From assembly GCA_963713705.1 (NCBI GenBank), contig CAVQMY010000033.1, positions 20,203 through 84,202 of the forward strand: 64,000 bases of DNA. The letters run 5' to 3'. Shown here piece after piece: positions 48,160-57,204 of the stretch. The stretch is from an uncultured Verrucomicrobiae bacterium (lineage in GTDB: Bacteria > Verrucomicrobiota > Verrucomicrobiia > Palsa-1439). Both the position numbers and the translations under genes were made by a program. Below the pieces are notes generated by a model. The model saw only the letters and a program-made list of their open reading frames with translations. It was not told where the DNA came from and did no database searches. The first letter of the stretch is position 1. Each line of letters opens with the position of its first letter.

Positions 48160-48753
48160 CTACTTCTTTTCCGCGGTCTGCTTGACAAATGACCCATTGA
48201 TCTCGATGCTGACCTCTTCGCCAGGCATCAAGCCGCCCGCGTCCAGTGTCTTGTTCCACGACACCCCGTAGTCCTTGCGATTGAGCTTGGTCTTGGCTTG
48301 CACTGCAAGGTGCACATTGCCCATCGGGTCTTTGATCGGGCCTTTGATCGTGTACGGCAGCGAGATTTCTTTCGTCACGCCGTGCATGGTGAATTTTCCC
48401 GTCAACGTCTGGGCATCGACAGCCGTACTTTCGAAAGTGATGGTGGGATACTTTTCCGCGTTGAAGAAATCAGGGCTGCGCAAATGATTGTCCCGCTTCT
48501 CGACGTCCGTATCGATGCTCTTGGTCTGGATGGTCGCCCCCGCCTGCTTGAGGGCGTTGCCGTTATCGGGATCGACCGTGATGGACCCTTCAAATTGGCG
48601 GAACCGGCCATGCACGGTGTCGATGACCATATGGTCGATCGAAAAACCAATCGAGCTGTGCGCGGGATCAACCTTGTACGTGTCCAACGCCCGCGCCGAC
48701 GTGCCCATCAGCATGGCGGCCGCTGCGATAGTAATGATGCGTGTGATTCTCAT
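48160..48753 (-). CDS. yceI: YceI-family periplasmic protein
   Basis: Signal peptide, then YKVDPAHSSIGFSIDHMVIDTVHGRF. Confidence 0.85.
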   Translation of the reverse strand: MRITRIITIAAAAMLMGTSARALDTYKVDPAHSSIGFSIDHMVIDTVHGRFRQFEGSITVDPDNGNALKQAGATIQTKSIDTDVEKRDNHLRSPDFFNAEKYPTITFESTAVDAQTLTGKFTMHGVTKEISLPYTIKGPIKDPMGNVHLAVQAKTKLNRKDYGVSWNKTLDAGGLMPGEEVSIEINGSFVKQTAEKK

Positions 48754-48844
48754 GGTAGGTGCGTGTCTCCTTCTACAGTGGTTTCATCCGTTCTGTTGTT
48801 TGCGTTGCCCGGCAGTCCGTCTGCCGGGCAGTGTGGCACGGCCT

Positions 48845-49544
48845 TCATGCCAAATCAAACAGCAAAAGCTCCGACGGCTCCGTCGCCTTGACGGTTAACT
48901 TGGTTTCGTCACTGACGGCGGCGCCGTCGCCGGCGCGCAGCGGGTTGCCATTCAACGTCACGCCGCCCGTCGCGACCTGCACCCACGCATACCGTCCCGA
49001 CTTCAACGAATACGTGGCCTGTTCGCCCCGCGACAACGAGGCGACGCTCAGACTGGCATCCTGATGAATCGTGAGGGCGCCATTGTTGCCCTTGGGTGCC
49101 ACGACCGTGCGCCACGTGCCGCGCGTCTCATCCGTCGCGAATGTCTTCTGCTCATACCCGGGCTGGCAGACCATTCCGTTCCGGCAAAACCCAGATTTGC
49201 AGGAAATGAACCGGCTCCTCTTGGGAATGATTAAACTCGCTGTGGCGTATGCCCGCGCCCGCGCTCATGCGTTGGACATCGCCGGGCCGAATGACGGACC
49301 CGTTGCCCAGGCTGTCCTTGTGTTCCAACGCGCCATCGAGCACGACGGTAATGATCTCCATGTCGCGATGCGGGTGCGTGCCAAAGCCGCCGCCCGGTGC
49401 GACGCGGTCATCGTTGATGACGCGCAGCGCCCGAAAACCCATGTGCTGCGGGTCGTAATATTCACCGAAGGAAAACGTGTGCCGGCTATCCAGCCAGTCA
49501 ATCTCTGTTCGCCCGCGTTCCCCATCTTTCCGTATCTCAATCAT
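48845..49544 (-). pseudogene. Pirin-family protein, one frameshift (likely 1-nt insertion error)
   Basis: N-terminal cupin HPHRDMEI in ORF 49152..49544, C-terminal half in ORF 48845..49174. Extra C (plus-strand GG 49165-49166). 699 nt gives 233 codons. Confidence 0.8.
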
Positions 49545-49589
49545 AGAGACCTGTTGGATGCGAATGGGCGGGCTCCGGTTTCCGGTCGC

Positions 49590-50015
49590 TTACGGCTCCA
49601 GCTTCGCGTCCATGGTGATCGTGGCGTTCAACACGCGGGAAATGGGACAACCGGCTTTGGCGTTCTTGGCTGCCGTCTCAAATGCCGCCGCACTCGCGTT
49701 CGGCACCTTCGCGGAAACATCCAGGTGGACCGCCGTCAGGGTCCAACCGGCTTCGAGTTTCTCCAACGTCACCGTCGCGGTCGTTGCGATGCGCTCGGGC
49801 TTGAGGTTCGCACCGCCGAGTTGCGCGGAAAGCGCCATCGTAAAACAGCCCGCATGCGCCGCAGCGATCAATTCTTCGGGGTTCGTTCCGATCCCATTCT
49901 CGAACCGCGTGCTGAATGAGTACTGCGTGTCCTTCAGGACCCCGCTCTCGGTGGAAATCGCGCCCTTGCCGTCCTTCAATCCCCCGGTCCATACCGCTGA
50001 TGCTTTTCGTTTCAT
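49590..50015 (-). CDS. osmC: OsmC-family peroxiredoxin
   Basis: NPEELIAAAHAGCFTMAL and KAGCPISRVL, the two conserved Cys motifs. Confidence 0.88.
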   Translation of the reverse strand: MKRKASAVWTGGLKDGKGAISTESGVLKDTQYSFSTRFENGIGTNPEELIAAAHAGCFTMALSAQLGGANLKPERIATTATVTLEKLEAGWTLTAVHLDVSAKVPNASAAAFETAAKNAKAGCPISRVLNATITMDAKLEP

Positions 50016-50040
50016 GTCTGTGTCTCCTGATTGTTTCGGG

Positions 50041-50838
50041 TTATAACACGGCTTTCACCACGCCACCCTCGGCGCGAACAGCCGACCCGTTGATCGCCAC
50101 TGCCTCGGGCGAACACACGAACGTCACGACACTGGCGACTTCTTCGGGGCGCAGGAACCGCTTCAACAGCGACGTCGGCCTCACGTTCTTGAAGAATTCC
50201 CTTTCGAACTCCGCGGGTGTGACGTTCTGTTGTTTGGCCAGTTCGGCGACAAAATTCGTGACGCCTTCCGAAGCCGTCGGGCCGGCCAATACGCTGTTCA
50301 CCGTCACGCCGGTGCCCACGCAGCTCTCGGCGATGCCTCTCGCCACAGCCACCTGCGCCGTTTTGGTCATTCCATAATGCACCATTTCAGCGGGAATGTG
50401 CACCGCGCTTTCGCTGGAAATGAACACGATGCGACCCCAATTACGCTGCTTCATTTCGGGCAGATACGCGCGACTCAGCCGCACACCCGACATGACGTTG
50501 ACCTCAAACAGGCGCAGCCAATCGGCATCGGGGATTGTTTCAAATGGTTTCGGCTCGAAGATGCCCAAATTGTTCACCAGCACGTCCACGGATGGCAACC
50601 GGCGTACCAGTCGTTCGCAGCCAGCGGCGGTCCCCAGATCCTCGGCAACTCCTTCGAGCGTCGCCTCCGGCTCTTCCATGCGGATATTCCTTATGGCTGC
50701 GTCAACCCGCGGCTGTGTGCGGCCATTGACCAAGACCCGCGCGCCCTCGCGGGCCAGGCCCAGCGCGATTGCGTAGCCGATGCCCGCCGTCGAGCCGCTT
50801 ACCAGCGCCGTTTTCCCCGCAAGCCTGCGATCTGTCAT
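50041..50838 (-). CDS. SDR-family oxidoreductase
   Basis: TALVSGSTAGIGYAIA cofactor motif and catalytic YGMTKTA. Confidence 0.85.
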   Translation of the reverse strand: MTDRRLAGKTALVSGSTAGIGYAIALGLAREGARVLVNGRTQPRVDAAIRNIRMEEPEATLEGVAEDLGTAAGCERLVRRLPSVDVLVNNLGIFEPKPFETIPDADWLRLFEVNVMSGVRLSRAYLPEMKQRNWGRIVFISSESAVHIPAEMVHYGMTKTAQVAVARGIAESCVGTGVTVNSVLAGPTASEGVTNFVAELAKQQNVTPAEFEREFFKNVRPTSLLKRFLRPEEVASVVTFVCSPEAVAINGSAVRAEGGVVKAVL

Positions 50839-50869
50839 GTGTCCCTTTCTTCTCGCGGCAGTTGGTTCA

Positions 50870-51571
50870 TCACCACGGGATCACCTTCCGGTCGCGCAGG
50901 AATTGACCCGTCAAATCCCGTGGCGCATCCGTCGCCAGCCAGGTCACCGTGTCCGCGCCTTGTTGTACCGTGCGCTGCGCATTCGGGCCGCCCATATCGG
51001 TTTTGACCCAGCCAGGGCAGACGGAATTGACAGTGACGCCCTTATCGCGAAGCGCGGCGGCGAACTGACGCGTCACTGCGTTCAGCGCTGTCTTGGAAAT
51101 ACTGTAGGTGGGATAGGTCTCACCCATTTCGCTCAACTGGCCCAGTCCGCTCGAGAGATTGACGACAGTCCCGCGAGCGCTTTTCAAGACGAGCGGGAGA
51201 AAGGCCTGCGTCACTCGCAATGGTCCCAGCGTATTGGTCGTTAACGTGGCGAGGAAGGTTTCGTCGTCCACCTCCGCAATACCCTTGCTGTCCTGCAGGA
51301 TACCGGCGTTGTTGACGAGTACATCCAGATGATCGACCTTGCTCGTGACCGCTTTCGCCGCTTTCTCGATACTCGCTCGATCACTCACGTCGATCTCAAC
51401 AAACTCCGCTGACCCGCCGCTCTTCGCAATCGCCTCGGCTGCCTGCTTTCCCTCGGGAACTTTCCGCGCCGCAATGAAAACGTGAAATCCCTTCTCGGCA
51501 AGCTGCCGCGCAATTTCATGTCCGATGCCCTTGTTTGCGCCCGTCACCAACGCGATCTTGTTCTTCGCCAC
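50870..51571 (-). CDS. SDR-family oxidoreductase (carbonyl-reductase-like)
   Basis: VTGANKGIG and YSISKTA motifs. GTG start chosen 7 nt after GGAGG. Confidence 0.8.
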   Translation of the reverse strand: MAKNKIALVTGANKGIGHEIARQLAEKGFHVFIAARKVPEGKQAAEAIAKSGGSAEFVEIDVSDRASIEKAAKAVTSKVDHLDVLVNNAGILQDSKGIAEVDDETFLATLTTNTLGPLRVTQAFLPLVLKSARGTVVNLSSGLGQLSEMGETYPTYSISKTALNAVTRQFAAALRDKGVTVNSVCPGWVKTDMGGPNAQRTVQQGADTVTWLATDAPRDLTGQFLRDRKVIPW

Positions 51572-51699
51572 GGTTCTGCCTCCATTGATTGTACACTGGC
51601 TCGCGTGTACGACCCAACGACTCACGCCGCCGACCTTGGAGCTTAGGATGCAAGAATCTTTCCCCGGTTTCCAGTCAGCTTCAACTCACCGATGGGGGC

Positions 51700-51736
51700 A
51701 AACAAAAAGCCTGTCCCCGACGAATCGGGGACAGGC
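51700..51736 (-). terminator. Rho-independent terminator downstream of the coiled-coil gene
   Basis: Perfect 12-bp stem GCCTGTCCCCGA-cgaa-TCGGGGACAGGC (51709-51736), followed on the minus strand by TTTTTGTTTG. Confidence 0.75.
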
Positions 51737-51880
51737 TTCGTAACGAACTGGAGCGCTACTGATCGCTGCTCTTCGTTTCGTTTTGGTCGTGACGGCGCAG
51801 TTCGGCCCTTCAACTCCGCGTTACTTGGACGCATACTCGTCCAACAGGTTGCGGAAGTAGGAGATCTCGTTGCGCAGTTG

Positions 51881-54274
51881 CTACCAGATCCTCCCGTCAG
51901 CCGGTTCCATTGTCGTGTCTTCCTCTTCCTCGGTCTGTTTCTTCGCCGACGCCAGTTGCTTGCGGAGATCGGCATTCTGCTTTTCCAGATCGGCGGCAGC
52001 TTTGCGCGCCTTTTCAGTATCGGTGCGGGCCTTGTCGATTTCCGACTGCAGTTTCTTCGTTTCCTTGTTATCCACGGACAACGCTGCAACCTTGGTGGCG
52101 GCTTCTTTCTTGGCGGAAGCCAGCTGATCGTTGAGATCCTTGTTTTGCTTCTGCAGATCGGCGACCTGCGAGGCTGACTTCTTCGCTTGATCGAGTTCCT
52201 TCCGCGCGTCGGCCAACTGGCCTTGAAGGTTCTTCACCTCGGTCGTATCGACGGCTGGCTTGGCCGCCAACTGCTTCTTCAAGTCGTCGACTTGGGCGTG
52301 GGCTTTGTCGAGGTCAGCACGAAGTTTCTTCGCTTCGCCCGTATCAACCGCCGGTGGCGCCGCAACCTTGGTGGCCGCTTCTTTCTTGGCGGAAGCCAGC
52401 TGATCGCTCAGGTCTTTGTTTTGCTTCTGTAAATCAGCAACCTGACTGGCCGACTTCTTCGCCGACTCAGCTTGAGCATTGGCCTTGTCGAGGTCCGCCT
52501 GAAGCTTCTTCAACTGTGCTGACTTGGCGTCCGCCGCATCCGCGACTTGTTTCTTCGCGGAGGTGAGTTGATTGCCAAGGTCGGCGTTCTTCTTATCCAG
52601 GTCGGCGGCCGTCTTGCGGGCCTTCTCGGCATCGGCGCGGGCGCTGTCGGATTCCGCACGGAGTTTCTTCAATTCGGAGTTATCGACTGCTGGTGCCGCC
52701 GCAACCTTGGTGGCGGCTTCTTTCTTGGCGGAAGCCAGCTGATCGTTGAGATCCTTGTTTTGCTTCTGCAGATCGGCAACCTGTGACGCTGACTTCTTCG
52801 CCTGGTCGAGTTCCTTCCGCGTATCCGCCAACTGGCCTTGAAGGTTCTTCACCTGGGTCGTGTCGACAGCCGGCTTGGCCGCCAACTGCTTCTTCAAGTC
52901 GTCGACTTGAGCGTGGGCTTTGTCGAGGTCAGCACGGAGTTTCTTCGCTTCGCCCGTATCAACCGCTGGTGCCGCGGCAACCTTGGTGGCGGCTTCCTTC
53001 TTGGCGGAAGCCAATTGATCACTCAGGTCTTTGTTTTGCTTCTGTAAATCAGCAACTTGGGACGCCGACTTTTTCGCCGACTCAACTTGAGCATTGGCTT
53101 TGTCGAGGTCCGCCTGAAGCTTCTTCAACTGTGCTGACTTGGCGTCCGCCGCATCCGCGACTTGCTTCTTGGCGGAGGTGAGTTGACTGCTGAGGTCCTT
53201 GTTCTGCTTCTGCAGATCGGCAACCCGGGAGGCTGACTTCTTCGCTTGGTCGAGTTCCTTCTGTGTATCGGCCAACTGGCCTTGAAGGTTCTTCACCTGG
53301 GTCGTATCAACGGCCGGCTTGGCGGCTAACTGTTTCTTCAGGTCATCGACCTGGGCATGAGCCTTGTCGAGGTCGGCACGGAGTTTCTTCGATTCGCCCG
53401 TATCAACCGGGGCGGCCGCTGCGACCTTGGTGGCGGCTTCTTTCTTGGCGGAAGCCAGTTGATCCTGAAGATCCTTGTTTTGCTTCTGCAGATCGGCAAC
53501 CTGAGAGGCTGACTTCTTTGCCGACTCGACTTGGGCATTGGCCTTGTCGAGGTCCGCCTGAAGTTTCTTCAGTTGCGCTGATTTCGCATCCGAAGCATCC
53601 GCACCCTGTTTCTTGGCGGCAGCGAGTTGCGCGGTGAGATCGTTGTTCTGTTTTTCCAGCCGCGAGGCGCGGGCGGCGTCCTTCTTGGCGCTGTCGAGTT
53701 CCTTTTGGGAACTGGCCAATTGATCCTGTAGTTTCTTTACTTCGCCCTGACCGGCGCCAGTCTGCTTGCTGAGGGAGGCCAGTCGATCCGAAAGGTCTTT
53801 GTTCTCTTTGGTGAGTTTGTCCACCTCGGCACGGAGCTTGGCCGATTGATCATCGATTGTCGTCTTCTCCACGGGTGGCGGCGGTGTGGAAGCTTCGGGA
53901 GTGGACGATGGCTCTGCGGATGCCAACGTCATGACGGGCGTCGTAACTGCCGCGACCGGGGTGGTCGTCGGTAAGGCCAGCCTGGTTTTCAGTTGGTCGA
54001 GGTGCGATTCGCAATCGTTCATGCGGAACTCGACCATGTTTGCCTTCCAGTCCGGCGACGCGGTGCGGATATCATGCAAAATGCTCAGCGCATCGCGATA
54101 CTTCGGCAAGGCGTTCGCATAATCGGCCTTTTCCTCGGCGTTTTCCGCTTCTTGGATCAGGACAACGGCATCCGTATAGCGGTTACCAGGATCGGTTGCC
54201 CGGGCCGATTTGGGTAACACCACAAACAAGACGCAACACACGAACGAGAAAAGTACTCCTAGACGATTCTTCAT
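51881..54274 (-). CDS. Secreted repetitive coiled-coil protein (797 aa)
   Basis: AGGAGG lies 8 nt before the ATG at 54274. Signal peptide MKNRLGVLFSFVCCVLFVVLPKSARA. About 600 aa of near-identical K/Q/A/D/L-rich repeats (KKSASQVADLQKQNKDLSDQLASAKKEAATKVAA... recurs at least 6 times). Confidence 0.8.
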   Translation of the reverse strand: MKNRLGVLFSFVCCVLFVVLPKSARATDPGNRYTDAVVLIQEAENAEEKADYANALPKYRDALSILHDIRTASPDWKANMVEFRMNDCESHLDQLKTRLALPTTTPVAAVTTPVMTLASAEPSSTPEASTPPPPVEKTTIDDQSAKLRAEVDKLTKENKDLSDRLASLSKQTGAGQGEVKKLQDQLASSQKELDSAKKDAARASRLEKQNNDLTAQLAAAKKQGADASDAKSAQLKKLQADLDKANAQVESAKKSASQVADLQKQNKDLQDQLASAKKEAATKVAAAAPVDTGESKKLRADLDKAHAQVDDLKKQLAAKPAVDTTQVKNLQGQLADTQKELDQAKKSASRVADLQKQNKDLSSQLTSAKKQVADAADAKSAQLKKLQADLDKANAQVESAKKSASQVADLQKQNKDLSDQLASAKKEAATKVAAAPAVDTGEAKKLRADLDKAHAQVDDLKKQLAAKPAVDTTQVKNLQGQLADTRKELDQAKKSASQVADLQKQNKDLNDQLASAKKEAATKVAAAPAVDNSELKKLRAESDSARADAEKARKTAADLDKKNADLGNQLTSAKKQVADAADAKSAQLKKLQADLDKANAQAESAKKSASQVADLQKQNKDLSDQLASAKKEAATKVAAPPAVDTGEAKKLRADLDKAHAQVDDLKKQLAAKPAVDTTEVKNLQGQLADARKELDQAKKSASQVADLQKQNKDLNDQLASAKKEAATKVAALSVDNKETKKLQSEIDKARTDTEKARKAAADLEKQNADLRKQLASAKKQTEEEEDTTMEPADGRIW

Positions 54275-54450
54275 CGATAAGCCTCCTTGACGCAGGCATA
54301 TAGCGAAAACCTGCGTACATTGCAACAATTTCATTGTGATAGACCGCAGGAGGCTAAAAGCACCTTCCTGGCCAACCTGTCGTCGGATTGCGCCGATGGA
54401 CGGCAGAGTGCGACCAATCGGCGGGGCAGGGAACCCCGCGATCAGGCGGT

Positions 54451-54921
54451 CTAATGGTGGTGGCCGTCAGGCCCGTGAGCATGCCCATGTGCCAACTCAT
54501 CTTCCGTGGCACCACGTACTTCCGTAATTTCGACATCGAACGTCAAATCCATCCCCGCCAAGGGATGATTCCCGTCCAGCGTGACGTGCGTCTCGGTCAC
54601 CTTCGTGGCGGTGACGACCGGTGCATGGGAATCCTTCCCGGCACGAAATCGATCACCCACCTTGATGCCTTTCGCGGGCATCTTGTCCAGCGGCACCTCC
54701 ATAACATTGCCCGCGTCGTGTTCGCCATAGGCGTCCTTGGCTTTGATCGTCACGTGCTTCTTGTCGCCGACCTTCATCCCGCGGATCTCGGCCTCCAGTC
54801 CGGGAATGATTTGCCCAGCCTCTTCGAGAAACGTCAGCGGTTCGCCGTCTGCCGAAGAATCCAGTGTCTTCCCAGTTTGATCGGTCAATGTATAGTGAAA
54901 CGAAATGACGTTCTTGCTCAC
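54451..54921 (-). CDS. slyD: FKBP-type peptidyl-prolyl isomerase SlyD with His-rich tail
   Basis: GTG start (VSKNVISFHYTL...). FKBP plus IF-domain sequence. C-terminal HGHAHGPDGHHH. Confidence 0.85.
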   Translation of the reverse strand: MSKNVISFHYTLTDQTGKTLDSSADGEPLTFLEEAGQIIPGLEAEIRGMKVGDKKHVTIKAKDAYGEHDAGNVMEVPLDKMPAKGIKVGDRFRAGKDSHAPVVTATKVTETHVTLDGNHPLAGMDLTFDVEITEVRGATEDELAHGHAHGPDGHHH

Positions 54922-55068
54922 GCGCAACCCTTTCTGTAGTCGATTCGCGCCGCACCTTACGGCACCGCCCGCGCTTTGTCGAAACAGAAAATTCCGCGCC
55001 AACCTTTTTCGCCCCGCGCAACGTGATGTCTTGTCGAATGCCCTCCGCGCCAGTAGCATCCCCCGCCA

Positions 55069-55716
55069 ATGAACCAGTCCGCGGGCAACCGCCGCCGCCA
55101 TTTCAAGAAAATCACCGCCACCGTCTCGCTGGCCGGCTCGGCCCTCCTCCTGCTCTTCATCCTGGCCTGCAACATCTGGATCGTCACCGCCACCAGATGC
55201 GAAGTCTTCTCCGACATCCGCTCCCTGCCCGTCAATCACGACGGCCTGCTCCTCGCCACGGGCCGGCTGATCGAACACGGCCGCATCAACCAGCATTTCG
55301 TCCGTCGCGTCGACGCCGCCACGGCCCTCTATCGCGCCGGCAAAGTCCAGCGCCTGATCCTCAGCGGCGACAAAGCCCACGACGAACCCATGGAACTCAA
55401 GCGCGCCCTGCTCGAACGCGGCGTCCCCGACTCCGCCCTCGTCCTCGACAACTACGGCTTGCGCACACTCGACTCCGTCGTCCGCGCCCGCGACGTCTTC
55501 CACTGCGGCAACCTCACCATCATCTCCGAGCGGTTCCACGATTTTCGCGCCCTGTTCCTCAGTCGCTACTACGGCATCAACGCCGTCGCCTACGCGCCGC
55601 CCGACCTCCCGTTCCGTTGGATGATCCGATCCACCCTCCGCGAATCCCTCGCCCGCGTCAAAGCCGTCCTCGACCTCTACGTCCTCAAAACCAAACCCAC
55701 CGTCGCCTCGGGCTAG
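55069..55716 (+). CDS. sanA: SanA/YdcF (DUF218) family membrane protein
   Basis: N-terminal TM followed by the DUF218 core (VQRLILSGDKAHDEPMELKRALLERGVP...ISERFH). Confidence 0.8.
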   Translation: MNQSAGNRRRHFKKITATVSLAGSALLLLFILACNIWIVTATRCEVFSDIRSLPVNHDGLLLATGRLIEHGRINQHFVRRVDAATALYRAGKVQRLILSGDKAHDEPMELKRALLERGVPDSALVLDNYGLRTLDSVVRARDVFHCGNLTIISERFHDFRALFLSRYYGINAVAYAPPDLPFRWMIRSTLRESLARVKAVLDLYVLKTKPTVASG

Positions 55717-55794
55717 GCCATCGTCCGCAGATCCGCTTTCGCAGTAGCCGCACCCTTCAGAGTGCGCAAAATGCCAAATCATCGCTCCCACACC

Positions 55795-55961
55795 CCGTCC
55801 GACCCCCACGACCGAACCCATCCGAAGGGTCGAGCAGCTCCCACTCGACACCTGCCGAGCCCGTCCGACCCCCACGACCGAACCCATCCGAAGGGAACAT
55901 CGAGTTGGTCAAATGCCCCGCCGAGCCCGTCCGACCCCCACGACCGAAACCATCCGAAGGG
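55795..55961. repeat. Tandem array: 35-bp core x3 at an exact 66-bp period
   Basis: CCGTCCGACCCCCACGACCGAA(C/A)CCATCCGAAGGG at 55795, 55861 and 55927. Each core contains a CGAACCCA-type box. Spacers are partly related (both end in GCCGAGC). Confidence 0.85.
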
Positions 55962-56081
55962 GGGACGAACCCAACCAATTTTCCGAATTCGTATCGTCCT
56001 AACTATCTGTCCCACAAGCTAATCCACGCGCACTTTCGACCAGACACCGTTGGGTTCGTTTCGCAAAAACCCCCTTTTTTG
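55935..56081. repeat. Box element copy 2 (homolog of 37011-37155)
   Basis: ACGAACCCAAC (55965-55975) and GTTGGGTTCGT (56049-56059) enclose the same 75-nt spacing between cores. Followed by CAAAAA-ccccc-TTTTTG. Lies about 180 nt upstream of the response-regulator ORF. Confidence 0.75.
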
Positions 56082-56259
56082 GCGTCCCACTCTCCTAACC
56101 ATATCAAAGAACCAAAACCAGCCCGAGTATACCACCTCGCCAACAAAATTCCGAGAAAATTCAGAACGGAATTCCTACCCCTAGGCTCCGTCTTCGCCGC
56201 CCGCGAGAAACCAACCTGCGGCTACCGGTCCTGAGCAACGGGGAGCGCACGCGCCCCGC

Positions 56260-57078
56260 GTGCCGCCTGACGCGCCCTCATGTCAGACAAGAGAGGGACC
56301 CCCACCCGCGGCCAGCACCATCCCCCGGCCCCACACTAACGGCTTAAAGAAACGTGTTTTCCTTATCGACCGCCACCCGCTCGTCCGGGAATGGCTCGCG
56401 CATGTGCTTGGCAACGAGTCCGACATAATGGTCTGCGGACAGGCCGCCGACGCATCGGCTGCCATGCCCGGCATCGTCGCCCTTGGCCCGCACGCGATCA
56501 TCATGGACTTGACGCTGGAGGACGGATCAGTCCTTGACGTGATCGAACGAATCATCTGCCACAGTCCCAAAACGGCGGTGCTCGTGGTGTCCGCCCACAC
56601 CGAAGCCCATTATGCGGCTCGATTGCTGCGCGCGGGTGCCCGGGGATACATTTCCAAGACGGAACCGACCCGGAAAATTATCGCCGCGTTGCGGCGCGTG
56701 CTTCAGGGCAAGGTCTACCTCAGCCCGGCGGCGCTGCAATACTTGATCGGCGGGCGCGCCGCGCGGATGGTGGCGTAACCGCTGCGCCCGCCGAAGCCCG
56801 GCGAAGGCAGGTCCCTGGTTGCGGTCGGCCCGCCATCCATCGAAACGCTCAGTGACCGCGAACTGGAAGTGTTCGCCATGACCGGCCGAGGATTGGGAAC
56901 GCGCCGCATTGCCGCGCTCTTGCATCTCAGCCCGAAGACGATCCAGGCGTACCACGGACGCATCAAAGACAAACTCCAGTTGTGCGACGCCAACGAATTG
57001 TTGCGCGAAGCCATCGGCTGGACCGAGAGAGCCGGGAAACGGACCCGCCGGACCACCCGGCCGCCTGACGACGATTAA
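56260..57078 (+). pseudogene. NarL/FixJ-type response regulator (REC + LuxR HTH) interrupted by an in-frame TAA
   Basis: REC domain (IIMDLTLEDG acceptor Asp, VVSAH, YISK) in ORF 56260..56778. LuxR HTH (LSDRELEVFAMTGRGLGTRRIAALLHLSPKTIQAYHGRI) continues in the same frame after TAA 56776-56778. Start codon uncertain. Confidence 0.7.
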
Positions 57079-57204
57079 CCCGCGAATCTGGGCGACCCAG
57101 CGTGGTCCTGTCCAGAACCCACACGAAATCTTGCCCGACTTCACTGGGCCTGTTAGAAGAAGGGATAGTTGCCGCTCTCGAACCAGGAGGGACCGCCAGC
57201 GCTG

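Noticed and set aside
54451-55887. 478-aa minus-strand ORF
   Set aside because: Only the C-terminal 156 aa (SlyD, GTG start at 54921) are protein-like. The remainder is antisense to sanA and runs through the tandem-repeat region, giving Gly/Asp/Val-rich shadow translation.
55795-55961. CRISPR-like geometry (35-bp repeats, 31-bp spacers, 66-bp period)
   Set aside because: There are only three repeats. The spacers share sequence with each other (both contain TCGAG and end in GCCGAGC), so this is a degenerate 66-bp tandem repeat. The repeat has no internal palindrome and no cas genes are in the window. The repeat core belongs to the CGAACCCA box family.
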